64,000 nucleotides of DNA from Candidatus Niyogibacteria bacterium (GCA_016432485.1 CP066691.1:388709-452708); one strand, 5' to 3'; counted from the stretch's first letter, positions 1-10,646 are shown. Notes: a model not told the origin generated them from the letters alone. A program made the numbers and translations.

Positions 1-123
1 CGCGTCAGCTTCCCCAAGAAGCTGATGCTGTTAATCGTTCAGGGCCGATTAGCGGCATCAAATTCCTGGATTCTCTGCAATGTTATTGTATTTTATACAC
101 TAATACATGGCAAAAAAAATTAT

Positions 124-795
124 TTAAAGGATCTCAATCACATGGTAGCGGTTTTTAATAAACTTGTAAAGCGCGGCCGGACGGTGTGCTCCCCTTCTTT
201 TGGCAGATACGGGCTTTACCAAACCGATAGACAACGCCTTTTTGCGGAAATTTCGCTTATCAAGTTTTTTGGCCAGAATAATTTCGTAGACTTTCTGGAG
301 ATCGCTTAGTGTGAATTCTCGCGGCAAAAGTCCATAGATTATATTGGTGTAACCTATTTTTGATCTTAGGCGCTCCAAAGCAAAACCGATTATTTTTTTA
401 TGGTCGTAAGCGAGTTTAGGAAGGGTTTTAACGCCAAACCATTTTATATCGCCGTACTCTTTGCTTGTTTTGGGCTCGATTCCGATTCTTGGTATCAGCG
501 CGAAATACGCGGTTGAAACTACCCGGCCAAAAGGGTCGCGATTAACCTCTCCAAAAGTGTAAAGCTGTTCTAAATAAACGTTTTTCAGTCCCGCTTTTAC
601 GGAAAGCTGGCGTTTGGCCGCCTGATCAAGCGACTCGTCGGCTTTTATTAATCCTCCGGGAGCCGCCCAAAAACCCACATAAGGCCTTTTTTTCATCTCA
701 ATTAAAAGAACTTTCAGCTCTTCCGAATCAATGCTGAAAATAATGACATCAACGGCCACTGCTGCGAATTTGTATTTTTGGCTGGATTTATTCAT
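124..795 (-). CDS. NUDIX hydrolase with C-terminal winged-helix (NrtR-like architecture)
   Basis: 223-aa ORF. Nudix-box-like segment GGLIKADESLDQAAKRQLSVKAGL followed by a basic C-terminal domain. Confidence 0.55.
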   Translation of the reverse strand: MNKSSQKYKFAAVAVDVIIFSIDSEELKVLLIEMKKRPYVGFWAAPGGLIKADESLDQAAKRQLSVKAGLKNVYLEQLYTFGEVNRDPFGRVVSTAYFALIPRIGIEPKTSKEYGDIKWFGVKTLPKLAYDHKKIIGFALERLRSKIGYTNIIYGLLPREFTLSDLQKVYEIILAKKLDKRNFRKKALSIGLVKPVSAKRRGAHRPAALYKFIKNRYHVIEIL

Positions 796-913
796 AACCT
801 TGCTCCTTTACTTAGTGTAGTATAAACACATTCTAATCCCGAATCAAAAACCCGTCAAGGGGGTTTAATGTGTTGATAACATTATAAATTATTTATGCTT
901 TTATGTCAAATAT

Positions 914-1681
914 CTACGGCCTTTCGGCCGGGTTATAGCGCCTTACGAGTATTTCAATATTTTTGGGCTCCTCGGTGATTGCCGTTTTGGGCCAGGAGAA
1001 AAAAACGGCTCTTTCGGCACTACCCCCTATTTCATCAACATTGGTAAGACTCGCGCCGATTGCTTTTCCTACATCATCATATAAAATCGCGGAAATCTGA
1101 ATATTCTTTATCGCGAAAATATCGTTATTGCGTAAAACCGCGCTTAGTCGGGGCTGCGGCAAAAGCGAGAAATCACGGGAAACCGTAATAATGTTTGTCG
1201 GAGAATATTCGGCAAAGCGCCACTTGACCGGGTCAATTTCAACCAAAGCCCTCACCGGAATACGCTCTCCCGTTGCGAATGTGGGGTCTAATATTAAAAA
1301 TTTTTCGTTCGGATTTATAAAAGTGGAGCCCTCTTTAAGGCCAATGACGATATTTTGTCCATCATAAATTTTCATGCGGTAAGTAAATTTGTCGGAGGCG
1401 GCCGAATTGTGGGTATTTTCAATGAGTGTGGCGACTTCGTAAAAACCGCCCGCTAATTTAAAAAGGCGGGTCCATAAAACTACGGGCTGGGTGAGATTTT
1501 CAAGACACGGCTTGCAGGGGCCGCCGCAATCCGCTTTTTCTTCTCCTTGATTTTTTTTATTGTCAAAACAAGTCGCTTCGGGTGTTACTTGAAAAGCAAT
1601 ATAAATGATTATTGCCAAAGGAATAATAATCAAAACGCCAAGATAAAAAAGCTGTTTTTTAAACCGCCAAGCTAATGCCAT
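914..1681 (-). CDS. hypothetical membrane-anchored protein (N-terminal TM, Cys-rich CGGPCKPC segment)
   Basis: 255-aa ORF with a hydrophobic N-terminus. No recognisable catalytic motif. Confidence 0.4.
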   Translation of the reverse strand: MALAWRFKKQLFYLGVLIIIPLAIIIYIAFQVTPEATCFDNKKNQGEEKADCGGPCKPCLENLTQPVVLWTRLFKLAGGFYEVATLIENTHNSAASDKFTYRMKIYDGQNIVIGLKEGSTFINPNEKFLILDPTFATGERIPVRALVEIDPVKWRFAEYSPTNIITVSRDFSLLPQPRLSAVLRNNDIFAIKNIQISAILYDDVGKAIGASLTNVDEIGGSAERAVFFSWPKTAITEEPKNIEILVRRYNPAERP

Positions 1682-1766
1682 ATATATTGAATATAAATGA
1701 AAAAGGCGGCCTCGGCAAAATTTGCCAAGACCGCCTATGATTCCCGAGCCTCATTTGCGCGGAGGC

Positions 1767-1967
1767 CTACGTTCGCACCTTCTGAAAAAACTCCGCCGCG
1801 CGACAGACGCGATACCCCGGAAAAATCTCGATTTCAATCATCTGGCGGCCTGGCAGAAGATTTTGGACTCCAAGAACCAGAAACTTTTGTCCGCGGACGA
1901 TCCCCTCCTCGATGTTGTCGCTGACAACAATGACAAGATCATGCTTTTGAAATTCCGATTTTGTCAT
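1767..1967 (-). CDS. small hypothetical protein
   Basis: 66-aa ORF preceded on the minus strand by AGGAGGATGTAAAAAATG, a strong SD at correct spacing. Confidence 0.35.
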   Translation of the reverse strand: MTKSEFQKHDLVIVVSDNIEEGIVRGQKFLVLGVQNLLPGRQMIEIEIFPGYRVCRAAEFFQKVRT

Positions 1968-2238
1968 TTTTTACATCCTCCTGCTCACGGGTTTAAAGAA
2001 CTTGCTTTCTCCGAAACCCTGCGCTTCGGAGCTCCACCCAACGCGCCATTACTTCTGACAAGAGCTAAGCTCTTGCCAAAATGATGCGCTCGGTGGAAAG
2101 GGAATCCGGATTGGACGGATTCCCGAACTCGCTCTCGGTTTTTTTGTTTTTTTACGTCAGAACATCACGCTCTCCTTTCTTTGTCCGGCTCATGAAGAGC
2201 CGCTGGATGGTTCGCGATGGTCCGCGTCAGAACTTTTT

Positions 2239-2496
2239 TTAGCGCCGTAAGAAAAACGATACGTAAAAGTATACGCAGGCGGCAAAGGAGCTGAACGAGA
2301 TCCCCGCCAAAACGGCAAAGAGCATTTTGTGCTCAGTGGGAACAAGGTAAATTGCCGACAACACTCCTGCCAAAGACAGAATGGCCAGAAAAACTATCGA
2401 GACGGCTAAGGCACAACCCCAAAATCCCATCTTTATATTCCTGATGCCCCCGGGGGATATATCCCTGTAAGATGACATGATTTTCATTTTTGTCAT
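2239..2496 (-). CDS. small hypothetical membrane protein
   Basis: 85-aa ORF with two hydrophobic stretches. Confidence 0.3.
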   Translation of the reverse strand: MTKMKIMSSYRDISPGGIRNIKMGFWGCALAVSIVFLAILSLAGVLSAIYLVPTEHKMLFAVLAGISFSSFAACVYFYVSFFLRR

Positions 2497-2680
2497 ACCT
2501 CCTTTTTTTGTGGATTTTACATCTGCTCCAAGAACAGCGAAGCTCCAAGGGCGCTTTAGAAAGGTACTTAATACTACTATCTAATAGTAGCACCTTATAA
2601 ATAAAAAGTCAAGTTAATCGGGAAGGATTCTTCCTCTGTTTCTAAAATCGGATAATCCGGCCCAGCCGGATTATGCCGCA

Positions 2681-3067
2681 TTATGCCGCGGCCTTGCGCC
2701 ATCTTTTTTCCATTTCATTCGCCGCAGCCTGTTCGGCAACAGAACGCAGGAAAAAAGATTTAGCCCTTAAACGCATTACGATCGCCTCATCTGATTCTTT
2801 TTTTGCTGCTTCCCATATATCAAGACTTCTGCTTTCTATTTCTTCCACATCTTCAGCGTCCACGTCATCTGACAACTCATTTACAATTTGCAACATTACC
2901 GTAGCAGATATCGGAACCTCTATGCCCAAAACAAGATTATGAGCCGCCTCGGCTTTTTCCGTAAAAGACAAATCTTCTTTAGACATAATTTCTTTAAATA
3001 CCGACAATAATTCTTCGTCTTTATTCTCCTCTGCTTCTTCTATATGAGTTAGGGATATTTTTTCCAT
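2681..3067 (-). CDS. acidic hypothetical protein
   Basis: 128-aa ORF rich in Glu/Asp. No known motif recognised. Confidence 0.4.
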   Translation of the reverse strand: MEKISLTHIEEAEENKDEELLSVFKEIMSKEDLSFTEKAEAAHNLVLGIEVPISATVMLQIVNELSDDVDAEDVEEIESRSLDIWEAAKKESDEAIVMRLRAKSFFLRSVAEQAAANEMEKRWRKAAA

Positions 3068-3221
3068 ATTAAAATTAAATTAACGCCGTCAAATTATATA
3101 ATTCCATAGTAATGCCTCTCGGATAAAACACAACCGCGCCGCGTAAAAATAGCGTAAAATAAGAAAATGAAAAAGCCGCCGCGTTGCCGCGACGGCTCCT
3201 CTCCTTTTTGGAGAGTCGTTT

Positions 3222-3653
3222 CTACTGCGCGCCCTCCACCATCCTGATGACCTCGTAGATGGCATTATTGAGAGCCGCCACTTCATCGTTGATGGCGCCC
3301 GCGGCCGCGCTTACGGAAACCCGGCCCCTATGCTTCAGGATGATCCATCCCGAAGCATAGTAGTTAAAGAGCTTATTCTCCATCGGACCCCTTGAAAGAA
3401 GAGTTGTCCTTCTTTCAAAAGAGATGTCTCCGGAGGTGACGCCCAGTTTCGCAAGCTTCTTGTAAAAATCGCGGAGGGCCCACGCATCCACATACTCCCC
3501 GTACGCCGTGATAGACAATCTCTCAAATATGACAGCTGTCACGGGGAGATTTTTGTCCAAGGCCACGGTCTCTCCGAAGGTCTTGGTCGCGACCGAGGCC
3601 AAAAAGGAGAACACCAATCCGATGAGAAACATCACCAAAAACGCCTTCTTCAT
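3222..3653 (-). CDS. secreted hypothetical protein
   Basis: 143 aa with signal-peptide-like N-terminus MKKAFLVMFLIGLVFSFLASVA. Confidence 0.45.
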   Translation of the reverse strand: MKKAFLVMFLIGLVFSFLASVATKTFGETVALDKNLPVTAVIFERLSITAYGEYVDAWALRDFYKKLAKLGVTSGDISFERRTTLLSRGPMENKLFNYYASGWIILKHRGRVSVSAAAGAINDEVAALNNAIYEVIRMVEGAQ

Positions 3654-3998
3654 CTTTCTTCCTCCTGAGTCAAGATTCTGCTTGGGTTCTTGGCCTTCAA
3701 AAACCCCTCATTTTCCAACTCTAATTATACTCCTATTTTAGTATTTTGTCAATAGCAGCCAAGCGCAAATTTTACCCTTAAAACTGCCCGTAGAACCGCC
3801 CAAGACACTCTGTATCGGCGGCTGCCTATCCCGCACTAAAATTGAATCCTGTGAGCTGGCGATTAGCTGCTTTCCCCCCAAAGGGGTATCACCCCGACAC
3901 CAGACGTTTCGCGTCGGTGCGGGGCACAGTCGGCACTACGATGTTTCGCCACACCACACTTCTTACGATCGTAAGAAGTGTGGTAGAATGGTTTTATA

Positions 3999-4523
3999 AT
4001 GAAAATCCCTGTGACCGACAAATTTTTATGGAAAATATATGACCTTATAGAAACGACCGAAGATGTTGTCGATTTTGTCGGACCAAGAACTATGTCCGAA
4101 GCCGTTTACCCTGATACAAGACGACTAAGACTCGAGTACCAAAAAGAAAAAGCCAGAAGAAGCTTTGCGGAATTTATTCGCTATCTTGGAGAAAAAGGAT
4201 ATATAAACATAAAAGCTCTTGAGGCGACAAGGGGATTTATTTTAACCCCAAAAGGAATCACAAAAGCTATTCGCGCAAAAAGAAAATTTCAAAAAAGGCG
4301 CAGAAGAAAAGATGGGCTTTGGATTATGGTTGTTTTTGATATTTCGGAAAAAAACAGGTTGGCAAGAGACGGTTTTCGCGTCAACCTGGCAGATTTAGGC
4401 TACACACAATTTCAAAAAAGCGTTTGGGTATGTCCTTATGACACATACAAAGAAACAGAAGAAGCAATAAGATTTTATAAAATTACTTCTTGCGTAAAAA
4501 TGTTTTTGATAAAAGAAATCTAA
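3999..4523 (+). CDS. short PaaX-like protein: winged HTH plus Cas2-like-fold middle domain (copy A)
   Basis: 174 aa. wHTH segment FAEFIRYLGEKGYINIKALEATRGFILTPKG resembles PaaX N-domain. WIMVVFDISEKNRLARDGFRVNLADLGYTQFQKSVWVCP resembles the PaaX middle / Cas2 beta1-alpha1-beta2 pattern. Paralog of 46855..47382. Confidence 0.6.
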   Translation: MKIPVTDKFLWKIYDLIETTEDVVDFVGPRTMSEAVYPDTRRLRLEYQKEKARRSFAEFIRYLGEKGYINIKALEATRGFILTPKGITKAIRAKRKFQKRRRRKDGLWIMVVFDISEKNRLARDGFRVNLADLGYTQFQKSVWVCPYDTYKETEEAIRFYKITSCVKMFLIKEI

Positions 4524-4622
4524 TCTTTCACCACGTTTTCTACGATCGTGAAAAGTGTGGTGAGTTACTAAAAATCTAATCATATTTTTTGTTAGTTTTA
4601 TAGTAAAAATTAGTTTTATAGT

Positions 4623-4649
4623 AAAAAGCTGTCCACTGAGGACAGCCTG
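4623..4649 (-). terminator. rho-independent terminator of the 23S-5S operon
   Basis: Minus-strand hairpin CAGGCTGTCC-ACTGAGG-ACAGC followed by TTTTT. Confidence 0.6.
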
Positions 4650-4779
4650 AAAACAACTAAATCCACGGAAAATATAACTACGGCAGCAGTTTAAGCCTTT
4701 CTTCAGTCTATGGTAAGACTGGTCTTTAAATCGCGCGTGTAAATCCCGCCATACGACGGGACAGGCTGGCAGCTTAAGT

Positions 4780-4892
4780 TCTTCAAGTTGGCGACTGCCT
4801 ACTCTCCCCTTGCGAGTACCATCGGCACTACGACGTTTTACGACCTTGTTCGGAATGGAAAAGGGTAGTTCCATCGCGTCAAGTCACCAACT
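4780..4892 (-). rRNA. rrf: 5S rRNA
   Basis: Minus-strand sequence CCGAACAAGGUCGUAAAACGUCGUAGUGCCGAUGGUACUCGCAAGGGGAGAGUAGGCAGUCGCC matches conserved 5S blocks (CCGAAC, GCCGAUGGUA, GAGAGUAGG). Confidence 0.85.
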
Positions 4893-5067
4893 TGGAAAAC
4901 TCAAACTTTAGCCACTTTTTAGGTCAAATAAATCTATAAGTATCAAAACATCGGGACAGAACTTGGCCATTTAGTACTCCTCGGCTGAACGCGTTGCCGC
5001 GCTTACACCTAGAGCCTATATACGTGCTAATCTCGCACGGGCCTCAACGATTCCTAATCTTGGAGTC

Positions 5068-5102
<35 letters not shown>

Positions 5103-5242
5103 TCCGAACATAGCTACCCAGCGGTGCTCCTGGCGGAACAGCTGGTAGACCAGAGGTTCGTTCGTTCCGGTCCTCTCGTACTAGGAACGACTCTCCTCAA
5201 GAATCAACGCCTGCAGTAGATAGGAGACCAACCTGTCTCACG

Positions 5243-5944
5243 CAATACTCAACTATTACTAATTGTTTGGACTATACCATCACCCCGCAACTGCGGGGGA
5301 CCGACGTGTTATCCGCCAATTTGGCGAATCTGGCTCAACCGAGCCAAGTCTCTACGGGGTCAGTACACGCTTAATTCTTTTTTTTGAGTAATTTAACTCT
5401 CTATATCTATCAACAAGTTTCAGTAGTCGTGAAAAATCGCTATCATTTTTCACGTCTTTTTTAACTCGCAAAATGTCCAGCATTAATTCCAACTGCTCTT
5501 TTTTAAGTCTTACATATGGCCTAACGCTGGCAAGAAAATCTTTTATATCATCAACCTTGTTTATGGTATATTCGATTATTCCATCTTTGCGATTCCTTAC
5601 TATACCGTAATTTATCAGAGAATATACTCGTTCAAAATTTTTACGATCTTTTGCTGACTGAAAAAATACAACGTATGGCGCGATTTGGAATCCGTAACGA
5701 TAAGTTGGATTCGGTTTCGCGCGCACGTAAACACTTCCATCGCCATCTAAAAATCCGGCGATGTAAGCTTTTTCGGTCGTTGAAAGATGTTTAAGCATAT
5801 ACGACTTCCCTCGGTATTATCCTAGCATACGACAGGTTGTTATTCAATGTGTATAACTAGGACTTCACCGATATGAGTCGGTTTTTCGATCCCGCTCGCG
5901 CGGGAAAGCCGCCGTGTGTTCTCAATGTTTTAAGGTTCTCTTTG
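5243..5944 (-). mobile_element. group I intron in 23S at the E. coli-equivalent L2593 site (I-CreI site)
   Basis: Exon junction reconstructs ...GGGUUCAAACCGU | CGUGAGACAGG... (E. coli AACGU|CGUGAGACAG, A2602 region). Intron begins after an exon U and ends with G. It contains a LAGLIDADG ORF in the rRNA orientation. Confidence 0.8.
5352..5798 (-). CDS. LAGLIDADG homing endonuclease (single-motif, I-CreI-like size)
   Basis: 148 aa containing the YIAGFLDGDGSVYV LAGLIDADG motif. Lies inside the 23S intron on the same strand. Confidence 0.85.
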   Translation of the reverse strand: MLKHLSTTEKAYIAGFLDGDGSVYVRAKPNPTYRYGFQIAPYVVFFQSAKDRKNFERVYSLINYGIVRNRKDGIIEYTINKVDDIKDFLASVRPYVRLKKEQLELMLDILRVKKDVKNDSDFSRLLKLVDRYRELNYSKKRIKRVLTP

Positions 5945-8095
5945 ACGGTTTGAACCCAGCTCGCGTATCTTTTTAATCGGCGAACAGCCGAACCCTTGGC
6001 AGCTTCTTCACCGCCAGGATAAGATGAGCCGACATCGAGGTGCCGAACACCGCCGTCGCTGTGGACGCTCGGGCGGTACTAGCCTGTTATCCCCGGAGTA
6101 GCTTTTATCCGTTGAGCTTTCGCGGCATCTAATGCCAACGATCGGATCACTACGCTCTGCTTTCGCACCTGCTCGGCATGTCCGCCTCGCAGTCAAGCCG
6201 GCTTATGGCGTTGCCCTATCGCTCCGATTTCCATCCGGAGCTAGCCGACCTTAATAGACCCCTCCATTACTCTTTAGGAGGGAAGTGCCCCACTTAAACT
6301 GCCCGCCAGATACTGTTCCCCGCGGTTTTTGCCCTCAAGGTTAGAATATAAGCGACTGAAGATGGGTATTTCACTGGCGGCTCCGTGTCATCCGAAAACA
6401 ACACTTCAAAGCCTCCCCACTATGCTACGCATCAGAAGCTTAAACCCAATATCAAGCTACAGTAAAGCTTCCGGGGTCTTTTCGTCTAACTGCAGGTAGC
6501 CGGCATCTTTACCGGCATTGTATTTTCACCGGGCTCCTCTCCGAGACAGTCCCCCAGTCGTTGCGCCTTTCGTGCACGTCTGAACTTACCAGACAAGGAA
6601 TTACGCTACTTTAACACGATTATAGTTATCGCGGACATTGACGAGGGCTTCGGTCGGTCAGCCAGACTAGTTAACTAGTAAACTAGCAAACTAGCAAGAC
6701 CGCCAACGTTAACCTTCTCGCATTGGTCAGGCGTCACCCCCTATACATCCTCTTACGAGTTCGCAGGGAGCTGTGTTTTTGGTAAACAGTCGCCAGGGGT
6801 ACTTTTGTTGCAGCCCCGCTCTTGCCCCGCAATTGCGGGGTGAACGGGGCAACTCTTATTGCTAACTTACGAGTGCTTTTTTGCCGAGTTCCTTGGAGAG
6901 GAATCACCCGTTCGCCTTGCTCTACTCGAGCCACCCACCTGTGTCGGTTTACGGTACGGTCCCCGCGCTTATGATTTTAGAAGTTTTTCTAGGAAGGCTC
7001 TTAAAGAAAATCCCTCCCGCCGTAGCGGAAAGTTCTTCTGCGGTATGAACTTTGCCTTGCGGCCGCTCTCCGGATTTTCCTGGAGAACAGCTCTTGCCAC
7101 AGAAACGCAAATCCAATAATGCGCTCTCTTTTATTTCCTCCGTCACTCCGTCAAAAAGCGAGGGGGCGCCGGAATATTAACCGGCTGTCCATCAGCTGCG
7201 GCTTTCGCCATTGCCTTAGGACCGGCTAACCCTTGGTTGATCACCATTGCCAAGGAAACCTTGGGTTTTCGGCGGGCCCGGATCTCACGGGCCTTGTGGT
7301 TACTTGTGCCAACATTCTCACTTCTCTACACTCCAGTCCGGCTCACGCCATAACCTTCACAGCATAGAGAATGCTCTCCTACCTCGCCAACGCAAAGCAT
7401 TGGCGACCCAATCTTCGGTACTTTGCTTAGCCCCGATTATCTTCGGCGCGAAATCTCTTAACGAGTGAGCTGTTACGCACTCTTTAAAGGATGGCTGCTT
7501 CTAAGCCAACCTCCTCGCTATCTGAGAAACCTCACCACCTTACTTGCACTTAGCAAAGATTTAGGGACCTTAGATGTGGGTTAGGGCTGTTTCCCTTTTG
7601 ACCAGTGGAGCTTAGCCCCCACGGTCTAACTGCCTCAATACGCTTCTGGTATTCGGAGTTTGGTAGGTGAGACGAGGTTTCCCCCTGTTCGCACCTTCCA
7701 GTAGCTCTACCCCCAGAAGTAATTTAAGACGCTAGCCCAAAAGCTATTTCGGAGAGAACCAGCTATTACCGAGTTCGATTAGCTTTTCACTCCTTGCCAC
7801 AACTCATCCGATGACGTTGAACGATCAACCAGTTCGGGCCTCCCTCCATCTTTCGACGGAGTTCACCCTGGTCATGGCAAGCTCACCCGGCTTCGGGTCT
7901 AATTCGTACTACCTGCAAACTAGCTTATAGCTGTTAGCTGTCAGCTGATAGAAGTTGCCCCCTAAAAACTGTAAGCTAAAAGCTAAAAGCTGAAATGCAA
8001 CGCGCTATTAACACTTGGTTTCCCTTTGATTGCGTCCCGTAGGACTTAGTCAAGCGATACGAATTAACTCGTTGGCTCATTCTTCAATAGGCACA

Positions 8096-8240
8096 CCGTC
8101 ACCCTCACACCTACTTTGGCATCGTTGCATCGTGTTTTCGTTATTCTTGTCACATATCCACTACAGCCAACGAAACATTCATTCCGCTGACTTACGTTTG
8201 TGATGCAACAAAAACACAATGCCAAAGTAGGTGTGGGGGC
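8096..8240. repeat. ~145-bp structured palindromic element inserted in 23S (copy 1)
   Basis: Terminal inverted ends CCCTCACACCTACTTTGGCAT...ATGCCAAAGTAGGTGTGGGGG. About 90% identical to 9091..9232. Confidence 0.7.
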
Positions 8241-8297
8241 TCCGATTCCTTGTAAGCATATGGTTTCAGGTACTATTTCACCGCCCTCAACGGGCTG

Positions 8298-8337
<40 letters not shown>

Positions 8338-9090
8338 TTGAAACGTATTTAGCCTTGGGAGTTAGTTCTCCCGGATTCCCCCGACCCATTCATGCGTCGA
8401 GGTACTCAAGTAATCCTTCGACTTCGCTCAGGATATAACACCCTGAGTTTAATCGAAGGGTAACGATTCAGAGAGCATAAGACCGTTTTTGAATACGGGG
8501 CTATTACCCACTATGGCCCGGCTTTCCAGCCGATTTTCCTAACGAAGTCTTAATTTTATTAACTCTCCTTGGGATTGCTCCCAAACGAACCGTACTTACA
8601 ACCCCTAACTAGTTGACTAGTAAACTAGTTCACTAGTTAAGTTTGGGCTGTTCCCTTTTCGCTCGCCGCTACTAGGGGAATTTGCACATCTCGCTTGCGC
8701 TCGATGTAATGACTAATTCCTAATTTCTAATTCCTAAAATAATTAGAAATTAGACATTAGATAATTAGAAATTGCATATCGAACGTAAGTGAGATATGTG
8801 TTGTTTTCTTTTCCTCCAGGTACTGAAATGTTTTACTTCCCTGGGTGCACTCTCCGATTAAAATCGGAGTAATTTGGTTTTGCCAAATTGGGTTTCCCCA
8901 TTCGGACATCCCCGGTTCAAAGGTTGCTCGCCACCTCCCCGAGGCTTATCGCAGGCACGCCACGTCCTTCATCGTCGTTTCAAACCAAGGCATCCACCAT
9001 ACGCCCTTATGTTCTGTCCCGGTGTTTTGATATTTATCCCGCCATTCTTTGTACCACTTACAAAGAAAACGGGATTTTTAGACTTATTTT

Positions 9091-9232
9091 CCCTCACACC
9101 TACTTTGGCATCGTTATGTCATGTTTTCGTTATTCTTGTCACGTATCCGCGACAGCCAACGAAACATTCATTCCGCCGACTGATACTTGTGATGCAACAA
9201 AAACACAATGCCAAAGTAGGTGTGAGGGTGAC
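9091..9232. repeat. ~145-bp structured palindromic element in the rRNA leader (copy 2)
   Basis: Same element as 8096..8240. Lies between the rRNA promoter and the 23S 5' end. Confidence 0.7.
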
Positions 9233-9378
9233 CCTTTCATAAATTGTCAAAGTTCTTGCGCACAAACGTAAAACCGCCTCTTGAAGGCGGGTTCTGCAAA
9301 TACGGCAAAATTTGACGCTACATTCCCCCTCCGCCTTCTTTTTGTGGATATATTAACTGGTTTAACATTTGTATTTCC

Positions 9379-9406
9379 ATTATATACCCCGCAAAAAGCG
9401 TGTCAA
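9379..9406 (-). promoter_or_regulatory. sigma70-type promoter of the 23S-5S operon
   Basis: Minus strand: TTGACA (9401-9406) - 16 nt - TATAAT (9379-9384). Confidence 0.65.
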
Positions 9407-9425
9407 GTGGTTCACGAACAAAAGA

Positions 9426-9452
9426 AAATCCCCGCGACCGCGGGGATTTTCT
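9426..9452 (-). terminator. hairpin terminator downstream of the 9472..10158 gene
   Basis: AAAATCCCCGCG-ACC-GCGGGGATTTTC, perfect stem with T-run. Confidence 0.6.
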
Positions 9453-9471
9453 TTCCACTAAACAATATACT

Positions 9472-10158
9472 CTAGTTGTTGGAAATATCCGAGCGAAGAC
9501 GCTCTATAAACCTTGCGGCGGCTTCCTTTCCTCCGAGACCGAAAGCCAAACCAACAGCCAAGGCCAAAGCGGCGATAAATCCGGTAAAGAATGTCTGAAC
9601 AAAAACTCCGGCGATGCCCAATTGATAGAGCGCCGCTAGAATGGCAAAAATCCAGATAGCCCACTTTGCAACTCCGCCCAAAAATCCAGCGGAAGGCAGA
9701 TGAGCCGCTTTTGCCGAACCGGCGACAAATTTTCTGACCACATCCGCGATAACGGCCGCCACAACCAAAATAATCGCGGCAACTATCACATTCGGCAAAT
9801 AGACCAAAACAATTTGAGCCAAGAATACATTAACTTCTCTCAAACCCAGAACATCAACGGCGGCAACCAAGAATACCAGTATGAAAAACCACTTCACGAG
9901 CACGCCAACGAATTTTCCGGAATCAAGCCTGAACCCAGCTCTGGAAAGCGGGTCTTCAACTCCCAGGCCCTGAAGAGCGCGATCAATTTTCAACGCTCGG
10001 AAAATCTGGATAACGACGCCTTCAAGAGCGGCGGCTATCACCCAGCCTATGATGAAAATGACAAGCGCTATAACTAATTGCGGCACAAAAGCCACAACTC
10101 CCACCCATAATTGCTGGAATGACGACAAAAGAACATCACCCCAAGTCTGTAACAACAT
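9472..10158 (-). CDS. multi-TM membrane protein, MscS-like conserved TM-helix repeat family
   Basis: 228 aa with several hydrophobic helices and repeated WxxGxxAxxxxL patterns typical of mechanosensitive-channel N-terminal TM repeats. Confidence 0.45.
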   Translation of the reverse strand: MLLQTWGDVLLSSFQQLWVGVVAFVPQLVIALVIFIIGWVIAAALEGVVIQIFRALKIDRALQGLGVEDPLSRAGFRLDSGKFVGVLVKWFFILVFLVAAVDVLGLREVNVFLAQIVLVYLPNVIVAAIILVVAAVIADVVRKFVAGSAKAAHLPSAGFLGGVAKWAIWIFAILAALYQLGIAGVFVQTFFTGFIAALALAVGLAFGLGGKEAAARFIERLRSDISNN

Positions 10159-10433
10159 AAAGTTTAATTATTTATATTTAAGGTTAAACCTTAATTTAGC
10201 TTATAAAACAGCTTTAAAACCGAAGAATTTCGACCTTTTTCGGTTTTAAAGCGAAAATTCTACTTTGAAACCCTTATTTTTTCGGGTACGCGTATATTAT
10301 ACCATATTTTAAGGCGATTTTCTCCTGTCTTAATAAAGTGTGGATAACTTGTGAACCTCAATTTACACAAGTCTGACTTGTGTCAAATAAAAAACCCGTC
10401 GTTCCGCTGGCTAGCGAAACGACGGGGCAATTT

Positions 10434-10646
10434 TCACTTCCCTTTGTGCTTCTTTTTTTTTATTCCAGCAACTGTCACTCCCCGTTTTGGAGAGGAGGTT
10501 GCTTGCTTCGCCTTCCTCTTCAGCGCGCGCCTGTGCCGCGCGCGCTCGCTGCCTTTGCCCCTCTTGATTGGTGGGCAACTGCCAGCGGCATGACGATCTC
10601 CTCCTCCGCCGACGAAATGCCCACAGAGGGCACACCTCTTTTTCAT
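10434..10646 (-). CDS. small basic Cys-containing protein (GC-rich island)
   Basis: MKKRCALCGHFVGGGGDRHAAGSCPP..., Lys/Arg-rich. SD AAAGGAG 9 nt upstream of ATG. Confidence 0.3.
   Translation of the reverse strand: MKKRCALCGHFVGGGGDRHAAGSCPPIKRGKGSERARHRRALKRKAKQATSSPKRGVTVAGIKKKKHKGK

Noticed and set aside
25-309. 94-aa plus-strand ORF at window start
   Set aside because: Overlaps the better-supported NUDIX gene on the opposite strand. No SD.
3842-4042. 66-aa plus-strand ORF overlapping the upstream palindrome of PaaX-like copy A
   Set aside because: Spans the perfect 28-bp palindrome and overlaps the start of the supported 3999..4523 gene. Likely spurious.
4690-4785. Structured ~95-nt spacer between 5S 3' end and the operon terminator (GGCAGCAG...GCUGGCAGC)
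   Set aside because: No T-arm or anticodon features. Could not be assigned to any RNA class from sequence alone. Left as part of the 3' trailer.
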